Origin: Dehalococcoidia bacterium
GTDB lineage: Bacteria; Chloroflexota; Dehalococcoidia; Lucifugimonadales; VXLM01
DNA: 24,000 nucleotides
Direction: 5' to 3'
Assembly: GCA_965197705.1 (NCBI GenBank)
Contig: OZ240223.1
Location: 1,796,975 to 1,820,974, forward strand
A program made the translations under genes and the position numbers. This document shows positions 1-9,374 of the stretch, one piece after another; positions within the stretch are counted from its first letter, which is position 1, and each line of letters opens with the position of its first letter. The notes below the pieces were generated by a model that saw only the letters and a list, made by a program, of their open reading frames with translations, did no database searches and was not told the origin of the DNA.

Positions 1-818
1 ACATAGGGCTTCGCCCAGGCGGGATCTGCCTCCATGACGATATCAACGTCGCCGTGCTGGAGTTTCTCCTTGTACTCTTCAGGCTCCATTTCGACGACGC
101 GCACGGGGTGGTCGAGACCGTGAGCGATGATGTAGCCGGCCACCCAGTTGCCGAGCTTGACGCGGTTCTCATCCCATTGGGCGAACTTGATGAGCTCGAC
201 AGGTGTCGGCCCGTGCGTTCTGAGACTGTAGTCGTCCGGCGGAGGCACGGGCGTATGCGTCGGACCCACGACCACGGCGGGTGGCGCGGTTGGCTCGGGA
301 ACGGGAGTGGCGGTCGGCTCCGGCACAGGGGTAGACGTGGGTGTCGGAGGCTCTGCCGTCGGCTCCGGCGCAGGGGTAGAGGTGGATGTCGGAGGCTCGG
401 CGGTCGGCTCCGGCGTTTGGCCGGCCGGAGCAGTTGTGGGTTCGGGCGCCTGTCCTGCAGGAACCGGAGTGGCCGTAGGCTCTGGAGTGGCCGTAGGCTC
501 TGGGGTGGCTGTAGGTTCAGGGGTGGCCGTAGGCTCAGGGGTGGAAGTGGGTGGCTGCGTGGGAGTTGCGGCAGGCGCCTGGGTCGCAGTCGGTACCACA
601 ACAGGAACCGAGGTCGGAAGCGTCACGGGAGTTGGCGAGGCGGTCGCTGCTGCTGCTGCGGCTGCACGCTCATGCAAGGTGGGAGTTGGCGTGTCAGGCG
701 CACGGTCTCCCAATATGAGGGGTTCTTCCTGCTCCGCACAAGCACCGGTAAACAAAATAGCCAAGAGGAACCCTGCGAGGGCAAGTGCCGTTGCGATTGA
801 GCGTGGGTGAGTTTTCAT
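1..818 (-). CDS. Secreted/lipoprotein-like substrate-binding protein, possibly glycine betaine/choline ABC transporter type (OpuAC-like), C-terminus beyond left edge
   Basis: Reverse frame is open from the ATG at 816-818 to position 1 and is absent from the ORF track because no stop lies in the window. Strong upstream GGAGGGG. Starts MKTHPRSIATALALAGFLLAILFTGACAEQEE (signal peptide), then a Pro/Thr/Glu-rich linker, then a folded domain VELIKFAQWDENRVKLGNWVAGYIIAHGLDHPVRVVEMEPEEYKEKLQHGDVDIVMEADPAWAKPY. Confidence 0.7.
   Translation of the reverse strand, partial: MKTHPRSIATALALAGFLLAILFTGACAEQEEPLILGDRAPDTPTPTLHERAAAAAAATASPTPVTLPTSVPVVVPTATQAPAATPTQPPTSTPEPTATPEPTATPEPTATPEPTATPVPAGQAPEPTTAPAGQTPEPTAEPPTSTSTPAPEPTAEPPTPTSTPVPEPTATPVPEPTAPPAVVVGPTHTPVPPPDDYSLRTHGPTPVELIKFAQWDENRVKLGNWVAGYIIAHGLDHPVRVVEMEPEEYKEKLQHGDVDIVMEADPAWAKPY
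466..540. repeat. 18-bp tandem repeat (about four copies plus a degenerate fifth) encoding a PEPTAT-type linker on the minus strand
   Basis: Units ggagtggccgtaggctct at 466-483 and 484-501, then variants at 502-519 and 520-537; related degenerate units flank this core. Confidence 0.85.
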
Positions 819-857
819 GAATCCCCCTCCGTCAGAGATTTATGGACCTGACGAACC

Positions 858-2030
858 CTATGCTATCACCTTGAACTTGTAGGTTGTCGTATTGAGTTCC
901 CCCTCGGCAAACCGGGACATACGAAGCGGCGTAAAGTCCACCAGCTTCGACTCGCCGTCCAGAATCATTTCCGCCATGCAGATGCCGATAGCGGGGGCCA
1001 GCTTGAAGCCGTGACCTGAGAACCCCGTGCAGAGATAGAGCCCGTCGATGCCGTCGACCTGATCGATGATCGGGTGAAGGTCGGGCGTGGACGTGTACAG
1101 GCCGGCGTACCCGGTGAAGAGCTCCCCGTCCGCGATGTCCGGGATGCGTCGGGCGAGGCGCAGCCAGACGTCTTCGAGGTGGTCGGCGTGGATAGTCGGG
1201 CTGTAGTCGTCGGGGTCGGCGACATCCTCGGCGTTGCCGTTCCCCACCAGCGTCAGATCGGAGCCTTCCGGGCGGAAGTAGGTCAGATTCGCCATGTCGC
1301 CGCCGCCTGGATGGAAGGGCAGCCTGTCCATCGGTCTACGGATGAGGAACACCTCGTGTCGAGTGGCCTCCAAGGGGAGATCGCAGCCTAACCGGCCCAT
1401 GAAGCGTCCCGACCAAGGACCGGTGGCGATCACGACAACCGGCGCTTCGTAGCGCTCCGTGGCTGTACGCACGGCCACTACCCTGCCGTTTTCTATCTCC
1501 ACGTCGGTGACCGGTGATTCAAGGATGATCTCGGCGCCCATCTCCCGAGACCGTGCGGCGTAGGCCATCGCCGTGCCGGAAGGGTCGGCATGTCCCGACT
1601 GCGGCTCCCAGGCGTAGGACTCGCCGTCGGCGTAGTCGAACGCCGGAGCAAGCTCCTGGGCTTCCTGCTTTGAGATGATTTCCGTCTCGATGCCGACGGT
1701 CTGCTGCAGGGCAATGTTGTGCTTGAGTCCCTCGTGCGACTCCTCCGGGACGAAGACCATGTAGCCCGTGTGCACGAACCCACAGTCTCCCCCACCGACC
1801 GCATCGTCCCAGTTGCGGAAAATCTTCAGGCTCTCCCAGGCGAGATGGGCGTTGACGGTCGTGGAGTAGTGCATCCGCACGGCGCCGGACGATCGGCCCG
1901 TCGAGCCGGAGCCGAGCGTGTCTCTCTCCAGCAAGACGGGAGACCGCACACCGCGCGACACCAGGTTGTAGAGGATGCTCGTTCCCATGACTCCGCCGCC
2001 AATGATGACAGCGTCCGTTGTAACCGTCAT
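858..2030 (-). CDS. FAD-dependent oxidoreductase, DAO family (sarcosine oxidase beta-subunit-like)
   Basis: N-terminal Rossmann dinucleotide motif DAVIIGGGVMGTSILYNLVSRG, GSGSTGRSSGAVR and a C-terminal GLYLCTGFSGHGFKLAPAIG motif. Start chosen at MTVTTD (2030) rather than the track's 2057 because GGTGAG precedes it. Confidence 0.88.
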   Translation of the reverse strand: MTVTTDAVIIGGGVMGTSILYNLVSRGVRSPVLLERDTLGSGSTGRSSGAVRMHYSTTVNAHLAWESLKIFRNWDDAVGGGDCGFVHTGYMVFVPEESHEGLKHNIALQQTVGIETEIISKQEAQELAPAFDYADGESYAWEPQSGHADPSGTAMAYAARSREMGAEIILESPVTDVEIENGRVVAVRTATERYEAPVVVIATGPWSGRFMGRLGCDLPLEATRHEVFLIRRPMDRLPFHPGGGDMANLTYFRPEGSDLTLVGNGNAEDVADPDDYSPTIHADHLEDVWLRLARRIPDIADGELFTGYAGLYTSTPDLHPIIDQVDGIDGLYLCTGFSGHGFKLAPAIGICMAEMILDGESKLVDFTPLRMSRFAEGELNTTTYKFKVIA

Positions 2031-2135
2031 TGCCTTCTCACCTTGCCCGAATCCCATTGTCGTCGCATGGTGCGACGTTCGTTCCGATATAATACCCGAC
2101 CTATCCCATCAGTGCGACACGTAGGGAGGTAGGCG

Positions 2136-3236
2136 TTGGAGTTCACAATCGCGGTCTTGCCGGGGGACGGCATCGGGCCTGAGGTCATCGGCGAGGCGGT
2201 CAAGGTGCTGGATGCGGTCGTCGAGCGGTTCGGGCACCGGTTCGAGATGCAGTCGGGGCCTATCGGCGGCGGCGCTATCGACCGGTACGGCACGGCATTG
2301 CCCGACGAGACGCTTGAGGCGTGCTACGACGTCGATGCGGTGCTGTTCGGCGCGGCGGGCGGCCCGAAGTGGGACGTGGCCGACGCCGAGGAGCGCCCTG
2401 AGCAGGGCATCCTCAGGATCCGGCGCGAGTTCGGGCTGTTCGCCAACATTCGTCCGGCGAAGTCGCACCCTGCCCTCTATGCGGCGAGCTCGCTGAAGCC
2501 GGAGTACCTCGAAGGCGTTGACCTAATTGTACTGCGAGAGCTGATCGGGGGACTCTACTTCTCTCGACCGAAGAAGCGGTGGGCGACGAAGACGGGGAAA
2601 CGGCGCGGCATGGACACGCTGAAGTACAGCGAGGAGGAGATCGCCCGTGTTGTCAGGGTAGGTTTCGAGCTGGCCAGAAGTCGTCGCGGCAAGCTGGTGT
2701 CCACGGACAAGTTCAACGTGATGGAGTCTTCCCGGCTGTGGCGAGAGGTCGCCACGGAGGTCGGGGCCGAGTATCCCGACGTGGAGCTGGAGCACATCCT
2801 CGCGGATAACCTCGCCATGCAGCTGCTCCGCAACCCGGCCCGATTCGACGTGATCGTGGCAAACAACATCTTTGGCGACCTGCTGTCCGACGAGGCCGCC
2901 ATGCTGACCGGTTCGCTGGGGATGCTTCCGTCCGCGAGCCTGGCGGAACCGCCGGGCATCGACGGCAGCGGGAAGCGCCTGTTCGGTCTGTACGAGCCTG
3001 TACACGGCAGCGCGCCGGACATCGCGGGACAGGGAATAGCAAACCCCGTCGGCGCGATCTACAGCACGTCGATGATGCTGCGGTACTCGCTGGGCCTCAA
3101 TGAGGAGGCCGATGCCGTAGAGCGCGCTGTCGAGGGCGTCCTGTCCGAGGGCTACTGCACGCCGGACCTCGCCCGAGGAGGCGGGACAGTCATAGGCACG
3201 CGGCAGATGGGCGACCTGATTACAGGCAGCTTGTGA
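2136..3236 (+). CDS. leuB: 3-isopropylmalate dehydrogenase
   Basis: MEFTIAVLPGDGIGPEVIGEAVKVL..., LFGAAGGPKWD, LLSDEAAMLTGSLGMLPSASL, YEPVHGSAPDIAGQGIANPVGAI. Confidence 0.95.
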   Translation: MEFTIAVLPGDGIGPEVIGEAVKVLDAVVERFGHRFEMQSGPIGGGAIDRYGTALPDETLEACYDVDAVLFGAAGGPKWDVADAEERPEQGILRIRREFGLFANIRPAKSHPALYAASSLKPEYLEGVDLIVLRELIGGLYFSRPKKRWATKTGKRRGMDTLKYSEEEIARVVRVGFELARSRRGKLVSTDKFNVMESSRLWREVATEVGAEYPDVELEHILADNLAMQLLRNPARFDVIVANNIFGDLLSDEAAMLTGSLGMLPSASLAEPPGIDGSGKRLFGLYEPVHGSAPDIAGQGIANPVGAIYSTSMMLRYSLGLNEEADAVERAVEGVLSEGYCTPDLARGGGTVIGTRQMGDLITGSL

Positions 3237-4266
3237 CCAAGTCCCCTACTTCCGAGGTGGAGTAGCCCATCCGGCCTGCGCTGAGGCTCTCGATCTTCTC
3301 GGACGTAACCGACATGATCGCGCTCTCGACCTGCATTGCGGCCGTCTTCTCGCCGAGGAAGTCGAGCATCATTCCCATCGCGCCGATTGCGGCAAGCGGA
3401 TTGATGACGCCCTGCCCTGCGTACTTCGGGGCGGAGCCTCCCATCGGCTCGAACATCGAGAAGCCGCCCGGGCGAATGTTCCCGCCCGCTGCGATGCCGA
3501 GCCCGCCCTGAATCATGGCTGCCAGGTCGGTGATGATGTCGCCGAACAGGTTGTCGGTGACAATCACGTCGAACCACTCAGGGTTCTTGATCATCCACAT
3601 GCAGGTCGCGTCGACGTGCGCGTAGTCGAGCTTCACGTCGGGGTACTCTTCGGCGACCTCGTGGAAGGTGCGCTCCCAGAGGTCCATGGCATATGTGAGC
3701 ACGTTGGTCTTGCCGACGAGCGTGAGCTCCTTGCGGTCGCGGGTTTGGGCAAGGTCGAAGGCGTACCGGATGCAGCGCTCGACGCCCTTCCGTGAATTTT
3801 CTGAAATCTGAATGGCGATCTCGTCCGGCGTTCCCTTGTCTCGAAACTCACCGAGACCCTTGTAGATGCCCTCGGTGTTCTCGCGTACGACGACGAAGTC
3901 GATGTCCTCCGGCCCCTTGTCCTTGATGGGAGTCCAGACGCCCGGAAAGAGCTTGACGGGGCGTAGGTTGATGTACATCTCGTAGTGGAAGCGGAGCGTC
4001 AGCAGAATCCCCTTTTCGAGGATGCCCGGCGAGACGTCCGGGTGGCCGATGGCGCCGAGGAAGGCGACATCCAACGTACCGAGCTCGTCGCGCACGGAGT
4101 CGGGGAGGATCTCGCCCGTCCTCTTGTAGCGCTCGCCGCCGATGTCGTACTTGACCACCTCGTAGTCGATGCTGTTCTTCTCAGCGACGGCCTGCAGCAC
4201 CTTCATGGCCTCGTCGGTCACCTCAGGCCCGGTGCCGTCTCCCGGTATCGTTCCAATCTTGTACAT
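3220..4266 (-). CDS. Isocitrate/isopropylmalate dehydrogenase-family paralog
   Basis: [96 protein letters not shown]. Start set at the MYKIG methionine. Confidence 0.88.
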   Translation of the reverse strand: MYKIGTIPGDGTGPEVTDEAMKVLQAVAEKNSIDYEVVKYDIGGERYKRTGEILPDSVRDELGTLDVAFLGAIGHPDVSPGILEKGILLTLRFHYEMYINLRPVKLFPGVWTPIKDKGPEDIDFVVVRENTEGIYKGLGEFRDKGTPDEIAIQISENSRKGVERCIRYAFDLAQTRDRKELTLVGKTNVLTYAMDLWERTFHEVAEEYPDVKLDYAHVDATCMWMIKNPEWFDVIVTDNLFGDIITDLAAMIQGGLGIAAGGNIRPGGFSMFEPMGGSAPKYAGQGVINPLAAIGAMGMMLDFLGEKTAAMQVESAIMSVTSEKIESLSAGRMGYSTSEVGDLVTSCL

Positions 4267-4658
4267 CGAATTTCCTCTGGGTATAGGTGTCGGGACAGGC
4301 AAGTATTATAGCCGTTCGGCGGAGTGGCCGAAAAGTTTTTTGTATAGTAGGACGTGACTGGCGAAGGGCAGGTGGGGTGTGTTAACCGTCGGACAGTCGG
4401 TACGCGAGTCGGGGATTAGGTGTTTCAGTCAAAAGCGCTTCTACATTGTTGGCGGGGGGGTCACGTTTAACATGACATTTCCTGACAGAACCTGACATCG
4501 TGTGTTTTCCCCACCGTCTTCGGGGCGAATGCCGTGAAGTGGACGGAAACTCAACTGCGACCACGATAGGTCATATGTGCTAGTGAGTCAAGTCGGGTCA
4601 GACGCGGGGACAAAGGGAATGCTTGGTAGGACGCGACTGTCTGCTGCGGGCTGCGAGG

Positions 4659-5012
4659 CTAGCGTCGGCTGCGGCTTCGGTCTTCCTTGATTCGAGCGCT
4701 GCGACCTGAGCGGCCGCGGAGGTAGTAGAGGCGGGCTCGACGCACCTTGCCGTGTCGTACGACCTTGACGCTCTGGACGATGGGCGAATGGACGAGGAAG
4801 GTGCGCTCGACGCCCACCTCATGCGTTACGCGGCGCACGGTGAAGCTCTCGCCCGGACCGCGACCCCGCCTGCGAAGGACGACGCCCTCGAAGACCTGCG
4901 CCCGCTCCCGGTCGCCTTCCTTAACCTTGATCGTTACCCGGACGGAGTCTCCGGGGCGAAAGTCTTCGACTTCGGGATTAGGCGCGACAGGCGCGAGGTG
5001 ATGGGCTTCCAT
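4659..5012 (-). CDS. rplS: Large ribosomal subunit protein bL19
   Basis: [93 protein letters not shown] is diagnostic of L19; located just downstream of trmD. Confidence 0.97.
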   Translation of the reverse strand: MEAHHLAPVAPNPEVEDFRPGDSVRVTIKVKEGDRERAQVFEGVVLRRRGRGPGESFTVRRVTHEVGVERTFLVHSPIVQSVKVVRHGKVRRARLYYLRGRSGRSARIKEDRSRSRR

Positions 5013-5189
5013 TGTAGGTTCGTCCTAAGGGGATCGAGTGCTGTTTGGCAGGTGGTCGCTCGGTGGTTAGCTTACCTGTGCAACTCATCAAGTGTATCTG
5101 CTTGGGGTACGCGATGCAATATAAACTTGGTGGTCACACGCGCTCTTTCCACGTAAATGACAGGCTTTCTTATTGAGCACTCGGCGGCC

Positions 5190-5924
5190 TCACTGCTCCA
5201 ACGAATCGAGAAACGCCTTGTCGTCCGAGGACAGCTCGGCATCTTCGAGCAGGTCGGGGCGACGCTCGTAGGTGCGGCGAAGGGACTCGCGCCTGCGCCA
5301 CTGCTCGATGCGGGCGTGGTCGCCTGAAAGGAGCACCTCCGGCACGGTCATGCCGCGAAAATCGGCGGGGCGGGTGTATTGAGGATGTTGGAGCAGTCCG
5401 GTGGTGAACGAGTCGTTGCGAGTCGACTCGTTGGAGCCGACGACGCCGGGGATCAGACGGGCTACCGCCTCGATCAAGACGATTGCGGCGGCCTCTCCCC
5501 CATTGAGAACGTAGTCGCCGATACTGATCTCATGGGTGGCGAGATGATCACGCACTCGCTCATCGAATCCCTCGTATCGGCCGCATATAAGGATGAGGTC
5601 GTCCTCGGCTGCAAACGTCTCGATCTGGGGCTGTGTGAGGCGTTCGCCTTGAGGCGTCAGCAAGATCACCGGAGCGTCTTTGCGCGTGTCGTGATTCTCG
5701 CGGATGGACTCCACACCCTCGAATAGCGGGTCGGGCTTCATCAACATGCCGGGACCGCCTCCGAAGGTGTAGTCGTCGGTGGAGCGATGCCGGTCGTGTG
5801 TATACTCGCGGATGTCGTGTACGCGCAGGTCGATAAGCCCCGCGTCGATGCCGCGATGCACAACACCCTCCGCGAAGGGGCTGTCGAACATGCGCGGGAA
5901 GATGGTCAGGACGTGGAAGCGCAT
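5190..5924 (-). CDS. trmD: tRNA (guanine-N1)-methyltransferase
   Basis: MRFHVLTIFPRMFDSPFAEGVVHRGIDAGLIDLRVHDIREYTHDRHRSTDDYTFGGGPGMLMKPDPLFE, ICGRYEGFDERV, EISIGDYVLNGGEAAAIVLIEAVARLIPGVVG. Confidence 0.97.
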   Translation of the reverse strand: MRFHVLTIFPRMFDSPFAEGVVHRGIDAGLIDLRVHDIREYTHDRHRSTDDYTFGGGPGMLMKPDPLFEGVESIRENHDTRKDAPVILLTPQGERLTQPQIETFAAEDDLILICGRYEGFDERVRDHLATHEISIGDYVLNGGEAAAIVLIEAVARLIPGVVGSNESTRNDSFTTGLLQHPQYTRPADFRGMTVPEVLLSGDHARIEQWRRRESLRRTYERRPDLLEDAELSSDDKAFLDSLEQ

Positions 5925-5949
5925 TTTTGCTCACCCCCCTTCCTTAAGT

Positions 5950-6350
5950 CCTTCCCCCGCCGGGGGAAGGATAAGAGGTTGAGACATTCCCCCGGCGGGG
6001 CTGACTGGGGTAGACATTTGACTATCGACTCACTCTCCAATGATGAGAAGGCAACCCGGTCACTGTCATTCTGAGCGCAGCGCAGTCGAAGAATCTAAAG
6101 AGTCTGTCACAACGTAAGTCCAACATAGAGCGTTCTTACCCTGTTCTCACTCTCGGTCACGATACAAGCGCTGCACCGGCTGTCCGGTCTTGCGGTTATG
6201 GATTTTAGATTCCTCGCTGCGCTCGGAATGACAGAAAACTGGGAGCCGGATCATAGCTGTAGTTTCGTTTTACCTACCCCTGTCAGCCCCGGCGGGGGAA
6301 GGATAGAAAGTTGATAGTCCTGCCCCGTGCGGGAAGGATACGAGGTTGGG
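5950..6350. repeat. Intergenic block of nested palindromic/inverted repeats, MITE- or REP-like mosaic
   Basis: Perfect palindrome CCTTCCCCCG-c-CGGGGGAAGG at 5950-5970. Inverted pair ccccggcggggctgactggggtaga (5982-6015 region) versus tacccctgtcagccccggcgggggaagg (6271-6302). Inner inverted pair gtcattctgagcgcagcg...gaagaatct (6065-6096) versus agattcctcgctgcgctcggaatgac (6207-6232). Confidence 0.75.
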
Positions 6351-6385
6351 GTTTTCTCCCTCATACTCAGCTACTCAGGGGAATT

Positions 6386-6892
6386 CTAGTGAGAGGGGTG
6401 GCCGCGCCAGCCCTGGAGCATTTCGAGGCCGTGCGTCAGGGCTGTCAACGCGACCTCAAGGGTCTCGCGGACTCCCTTGGGGCTGCCCGGCAGGTTGACG
6501 ATGAGACAGCCGTTGCGGACGCCGACGACGGAGCGACTCAGCATGGCCAACGGCGTGATCCGCATCGTCTGCGACCTCATGGCCTCTGCGATGCCCGGAA
6601 CCTGGAACTCTACAACGGCGGCGGTCGCCTGCGGGGTGACGTCGCGTGGGCCGAGGCCGGTGCCACCGGTCGTAACGATGACGTCCACTTCGCCCCCGTC
6701 GCTCCATGTGGTTAACCGTTCAGCTATCCGGTCGGCTTCGTCAGGCACGATATCGCGGTGGACAAGTCTGAACCCGCTCGCGGCCATCATCTCGACGACG
6801 GCGTCGCCGCTCGTGTCCTCGCGTTCACCCTTTGCGCCTGCGTCGCTGCTGGTGAGCACGGCGAAGCTGAATTTGTGCTCTGAATCGGTCAT
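6386..6892 (-). CDS. MogA/MoaB-family molybdenum cofactor biosynthesis protein
   Basis: FAVLTSSDAGAKGEREDTSGDAVVEMM, DVIVTTGGTGLGPRDVTPQAT, RNGCLIVNLPGSPKGVRETLE. Confidence 0.93.
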   Translation of the reverse strand: MTDSEHKFSFAVLTSSDAGAKGEREDTSGDAVVEMMAASGFRLVHRDIVPDEADRIAERLTTWSDGGEVDVIVTTGGTGLGPRDVTPQATAAVVEFQVPGIAEAMRSQTMRITPLAMLSRSVVGVRNGCLIVNLPGSPKGVRETLEVALTALTHGLEMLQGWRGHPSH

Positions 6893-7069
6893 CGGAACTT
6901 TCTAACAGTCCAGTCGATGTTTAGAAAAAGTATAAAACTACAACTAAAATCCCTTGCGCGCCGTTCGTCCCATCTGTGAGACTCGGACATAACGGCCTTT
7001 AGGTGCACTGCACCGGGCTAGCAGCACATTAACAGTGTAGCACGCAGCATTGCTCTTTTAGGGTGCAAG

Positions 7070-7969
7070 GTGATTCATCACAAGCCGGTGATGGTAGATG
7101 AGGTCGTATCGGCGCTTCAGCCGCGTTCAGGCGGCGGTTACATCGACTGCACGACGGGTGAGGGCGGTCACGCAGAGGCTATTCTTGGTAACTGCGGTCC
7201 CCCTGCCCGACTGCTCGGTCTCGACTTGGACAGAGAGGCGCTCGCGGTTGCCGGAGAGCGGCTTTCCGGGTTTCGTGAGACTTCTACGTTGGTCGAGGCC
7301 AGCTATGTGAATATCGCCGAAGTCGCCGCCAAGCAAGGTTTTCTCCCGTGCGACGGGGTCTTGTTCGATCTCGGAGTCTCGTCACTCCAGCTCGAAAGCG
7401 CCTCCCGCGGGTTCGCCTTCTCGAAGGAAGCGACCCTGGACATGCGGTTCGGCCCTACCATCGGGAGATCGGCAAGGGAGATCGTGAACGAAACGGATGA
7501 GACGGACTTGGCGAATCTCATTTACCGGCTGGGCGAAGAACGCAGGTCGCGCCGGATCGCCCGGGCGATCGTCAGAGCGCGACCGGTCGGGACGACCGTT
7601 GAACTGGCTGACGTTGTAATCGGAGCGGTCGGATGGCCGAGCCGGGCTCGCAGGAGGACCCACCCCGCAACCCGGACCTTTCAGGCCCTCCGAATCGCCG
7701 TGAACGGCGAGCTTGACAACGTGGAGATGGGAATCAGGGCGGCGATAGGAATCTTGAGGCAAGGCGGACGGCTGGTGGTTATCAGCTATCACTCCCTGGA
7801 AGACCGGTTGGTGAAGAACCTGCTTCGTGAGGAGTCGAAACCGGTCGACGAGAGTCACTCCCCTGCCCTGCGACTTATAACGAAGAGGGTGATTAAGCCG
7901 GACACCGCAGAGATCGAGGCGAATCCTCGAAGTCGGAGCGCAAAAATGCGAGTGGCGGAACGATTGTGA
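7070..7969 (+). CDS. rsmH: 16S rRNA (cytosine(1402)-N(4))-methyltransferase
   Basis: HKPVMVDEVVSALQPRSGGGYIDCTTGEGGHAEAIL, CDGVLFDLGVSSLQLESASRGFAFSKEATLDMRF, ERRSRRIARAIV, TFQALRIAVNGELDNVE, VISYHSLEDRLVKN. GTG start. Confidence 0.96.
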   Translation: MIHHKPVMVDEVVSALQPRSGGGYIDCTTGEGGHAEAILGNCGPPARLLGLDLDREALAVAGERLSGFRETSTLVEASYVNIAEVAAKQGFLPCDGVLFDLGVSSLQLESASRGFAFSKEATLDMRFGPTIGRSAREIVNETDETDLANLIYRLGEERRSRRIARAIVRARPVGTTVELADVVIGAVGWPSRARRRTHPATRTFQALRIAVNGELDNVEMGIRAAIGILRQGGRLVVISYHSLEDRLVKNLLREESKPVDESHSPALRLITKRVIKPDTAEIEANPRSRSAKMRVAERL

Positions 7970-8031
7970 CGGGGAGCGGAGATCGGTCCTAGAGCGTGTT
8001 ACACGATAGAGAAGGAAAAACGACTGGCGGC

Positions 8032-9342
8032 ATGGCAAAGCGAAACGACAATGGAGAAGCCCATATGGTGTCAGACGAGATCGTAGCTGCTATAGACGTA
8101 GGTACCACGAAAGTTTGCACTATTGTGGGCCGGAAGGTCGGCAAGAACGGTATCCAGATACTCGGTTACAGCACGGCCAAGAACTACGGCATGAGGAAGG
8201 GCGTCGTATCGGACGTTTCGGCGGCTGAGCGCGCGGTACGTGTCTCCATCAAGGCCGTCGAGGACAAGACGGGTCACAAGGTGGACTCCGCGTTCGTGGG
8301 CGTCACGGGGGCGCACGTTCGGTTTGAGAACCGTCATGAAAGGCTGGAAATCGAGAATCGAAAGGGCATCGTTACCGCCGATGACGTGGCGAGCGCTCCC
8401 AAGAAGCTAAGCGAGTCAATCGACGTGCCGGGTAGGACGGTCATCCATGCCAACTCCATCAGCTATACGCTGGACGGTGAACCGGGCATCCGGCATCCCG
8501 TTGGAATGCACAGCAAGGAGATGCAGGTAGAGGCGCATTTCGTGACGGGGTCCAACACGTTCATAGACCGTCTCGTCGATGTGATCGAAGTATCCGGCGT
8601 CAAGATAAACAGCCTCGTGCTCGAACCGCTTGCGAGCGGCCTCGCCGTTCTCACACCGGAAGAGCGCAAGAAGGGCGCTGTCATCGTTGATATAGGCGGC
8701 GGCACGACGGATATCGTCGCCTTCAAGGGCAGCAGCATCTACTACACCGGGGTCATTCCGGTCGGCGGCTTCCAGTTCACCAACGACATCGCCCTGTCGT
8801 TCAGTACACCGTTCGAGGCCGCGGAGGCAATCAAGCTGGAGCATGGAAGCGCGGAGTTTCAGCCGGCGTCGGCCGGCGAACAGATCCTCGTTCCGGTCAT
8901 CGGGCGGGACAAGCAGCTGAAGGTAAGCCGGCTTGAGATATGCCAGCTGGTGCGCGAGCGGGCTATGGAGCTCGCGCGGATGATCAAGGTAAAGCTCGAC
9001 TCGGAGCGGGTGGGGAATGGTGAGGACTCCGTCCTCGTCCTCACCGGCGGAGCATCCAATATGCCTGGGTTCGCCGACCTCGTGCAAAAGAGCGTCGGCA
9101 TCGAAGTGCGCCATGGCGTGCCGGACGTGCGTGGCACCGTGCCCGCCGAACTGAGGGACCCTGTTTACGCTACGGCGATCGGCACACTCCTTTGGGGATT
9201 GACCGAGTATGTCCCCGATGAGGCGGGCTTCGGATTGAGGAACGGGAACGGCAATGCCAATGGGCATGACTTCAAACACGCAGCGGAATCGAACGGACTC
9301 TTCGGAAGTTTGAAGCGCCGGCTTGGCGCGCTCATATCGTAG
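8032..9342 (+). CDS. ftsA: Cell division protein FtsA
   Basis: EIVAAIDVGTTKVCTIVGRKV, AVIVDIGGGTTDIVAFKGSSIYYTGVIPVGG, LVLTGGASNMPG, and C-terminal amphipathic-like helix NGLFGSLKRRLGALIS. Confidence 0.95.
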   Translation: MAKRNDNGEAHMVSDEIVAAIDVGTTKVCTIVGRKVGKNGIQILGYSTAKNYGMRKGVVSDVSAAERAVRVSIKAVEDKTGHKVDSAFVGVTGAHVRFENRHERLEIENRKGIVTADDVASAPKKLSESIDVPGRTVIHANSISYTLDGEPGIRHPVGMHSKEMQVEAHFVTGSNTFIDRLVDVIEVSGVKINSLVLEPLASGLAVLTPEERKKGAVIVDIGGGTTDIVAFKGSSIYYTGVIPVGGFQFTNDIALSFSTPFEAAEAIKLEHGSAEFQPASAGEQILVPVIGRDKQLKVSRLEICQLVRERAMELARMIKVKLDSERVGNGEDSVLVLTGGASNMPGFADLVQKSVGIEVRHGVPDVRGTVPAELRDPVYATAIGTLLWGLTEYVPDEAGFGLRNGNGNANGHDFKHAAESNGLFGSLKRRLGALIS

Positions 9343-9374
9343 CTATTCTTCGCACCTAAGAAAGGGAGGACTTA

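Noticed and set aside
54-810. Two plus-strand ORFs (248 and 167 aa) rich in Gly/Arg or Gly/Val
   Set aside because: They are antisense readings of the repetitive Pro/Thr/Glu linker of a minus-strand secreted protein that has a proper ribosome-binding site and signal peptide.
4303-4658. Possible tRNA or small gene in the gap upstream of the dehydrogenase paralog
   Set aside because: No cloverleaf arms or TTCGAATC-like T-loop seen and the short ORF there lacks motifs.
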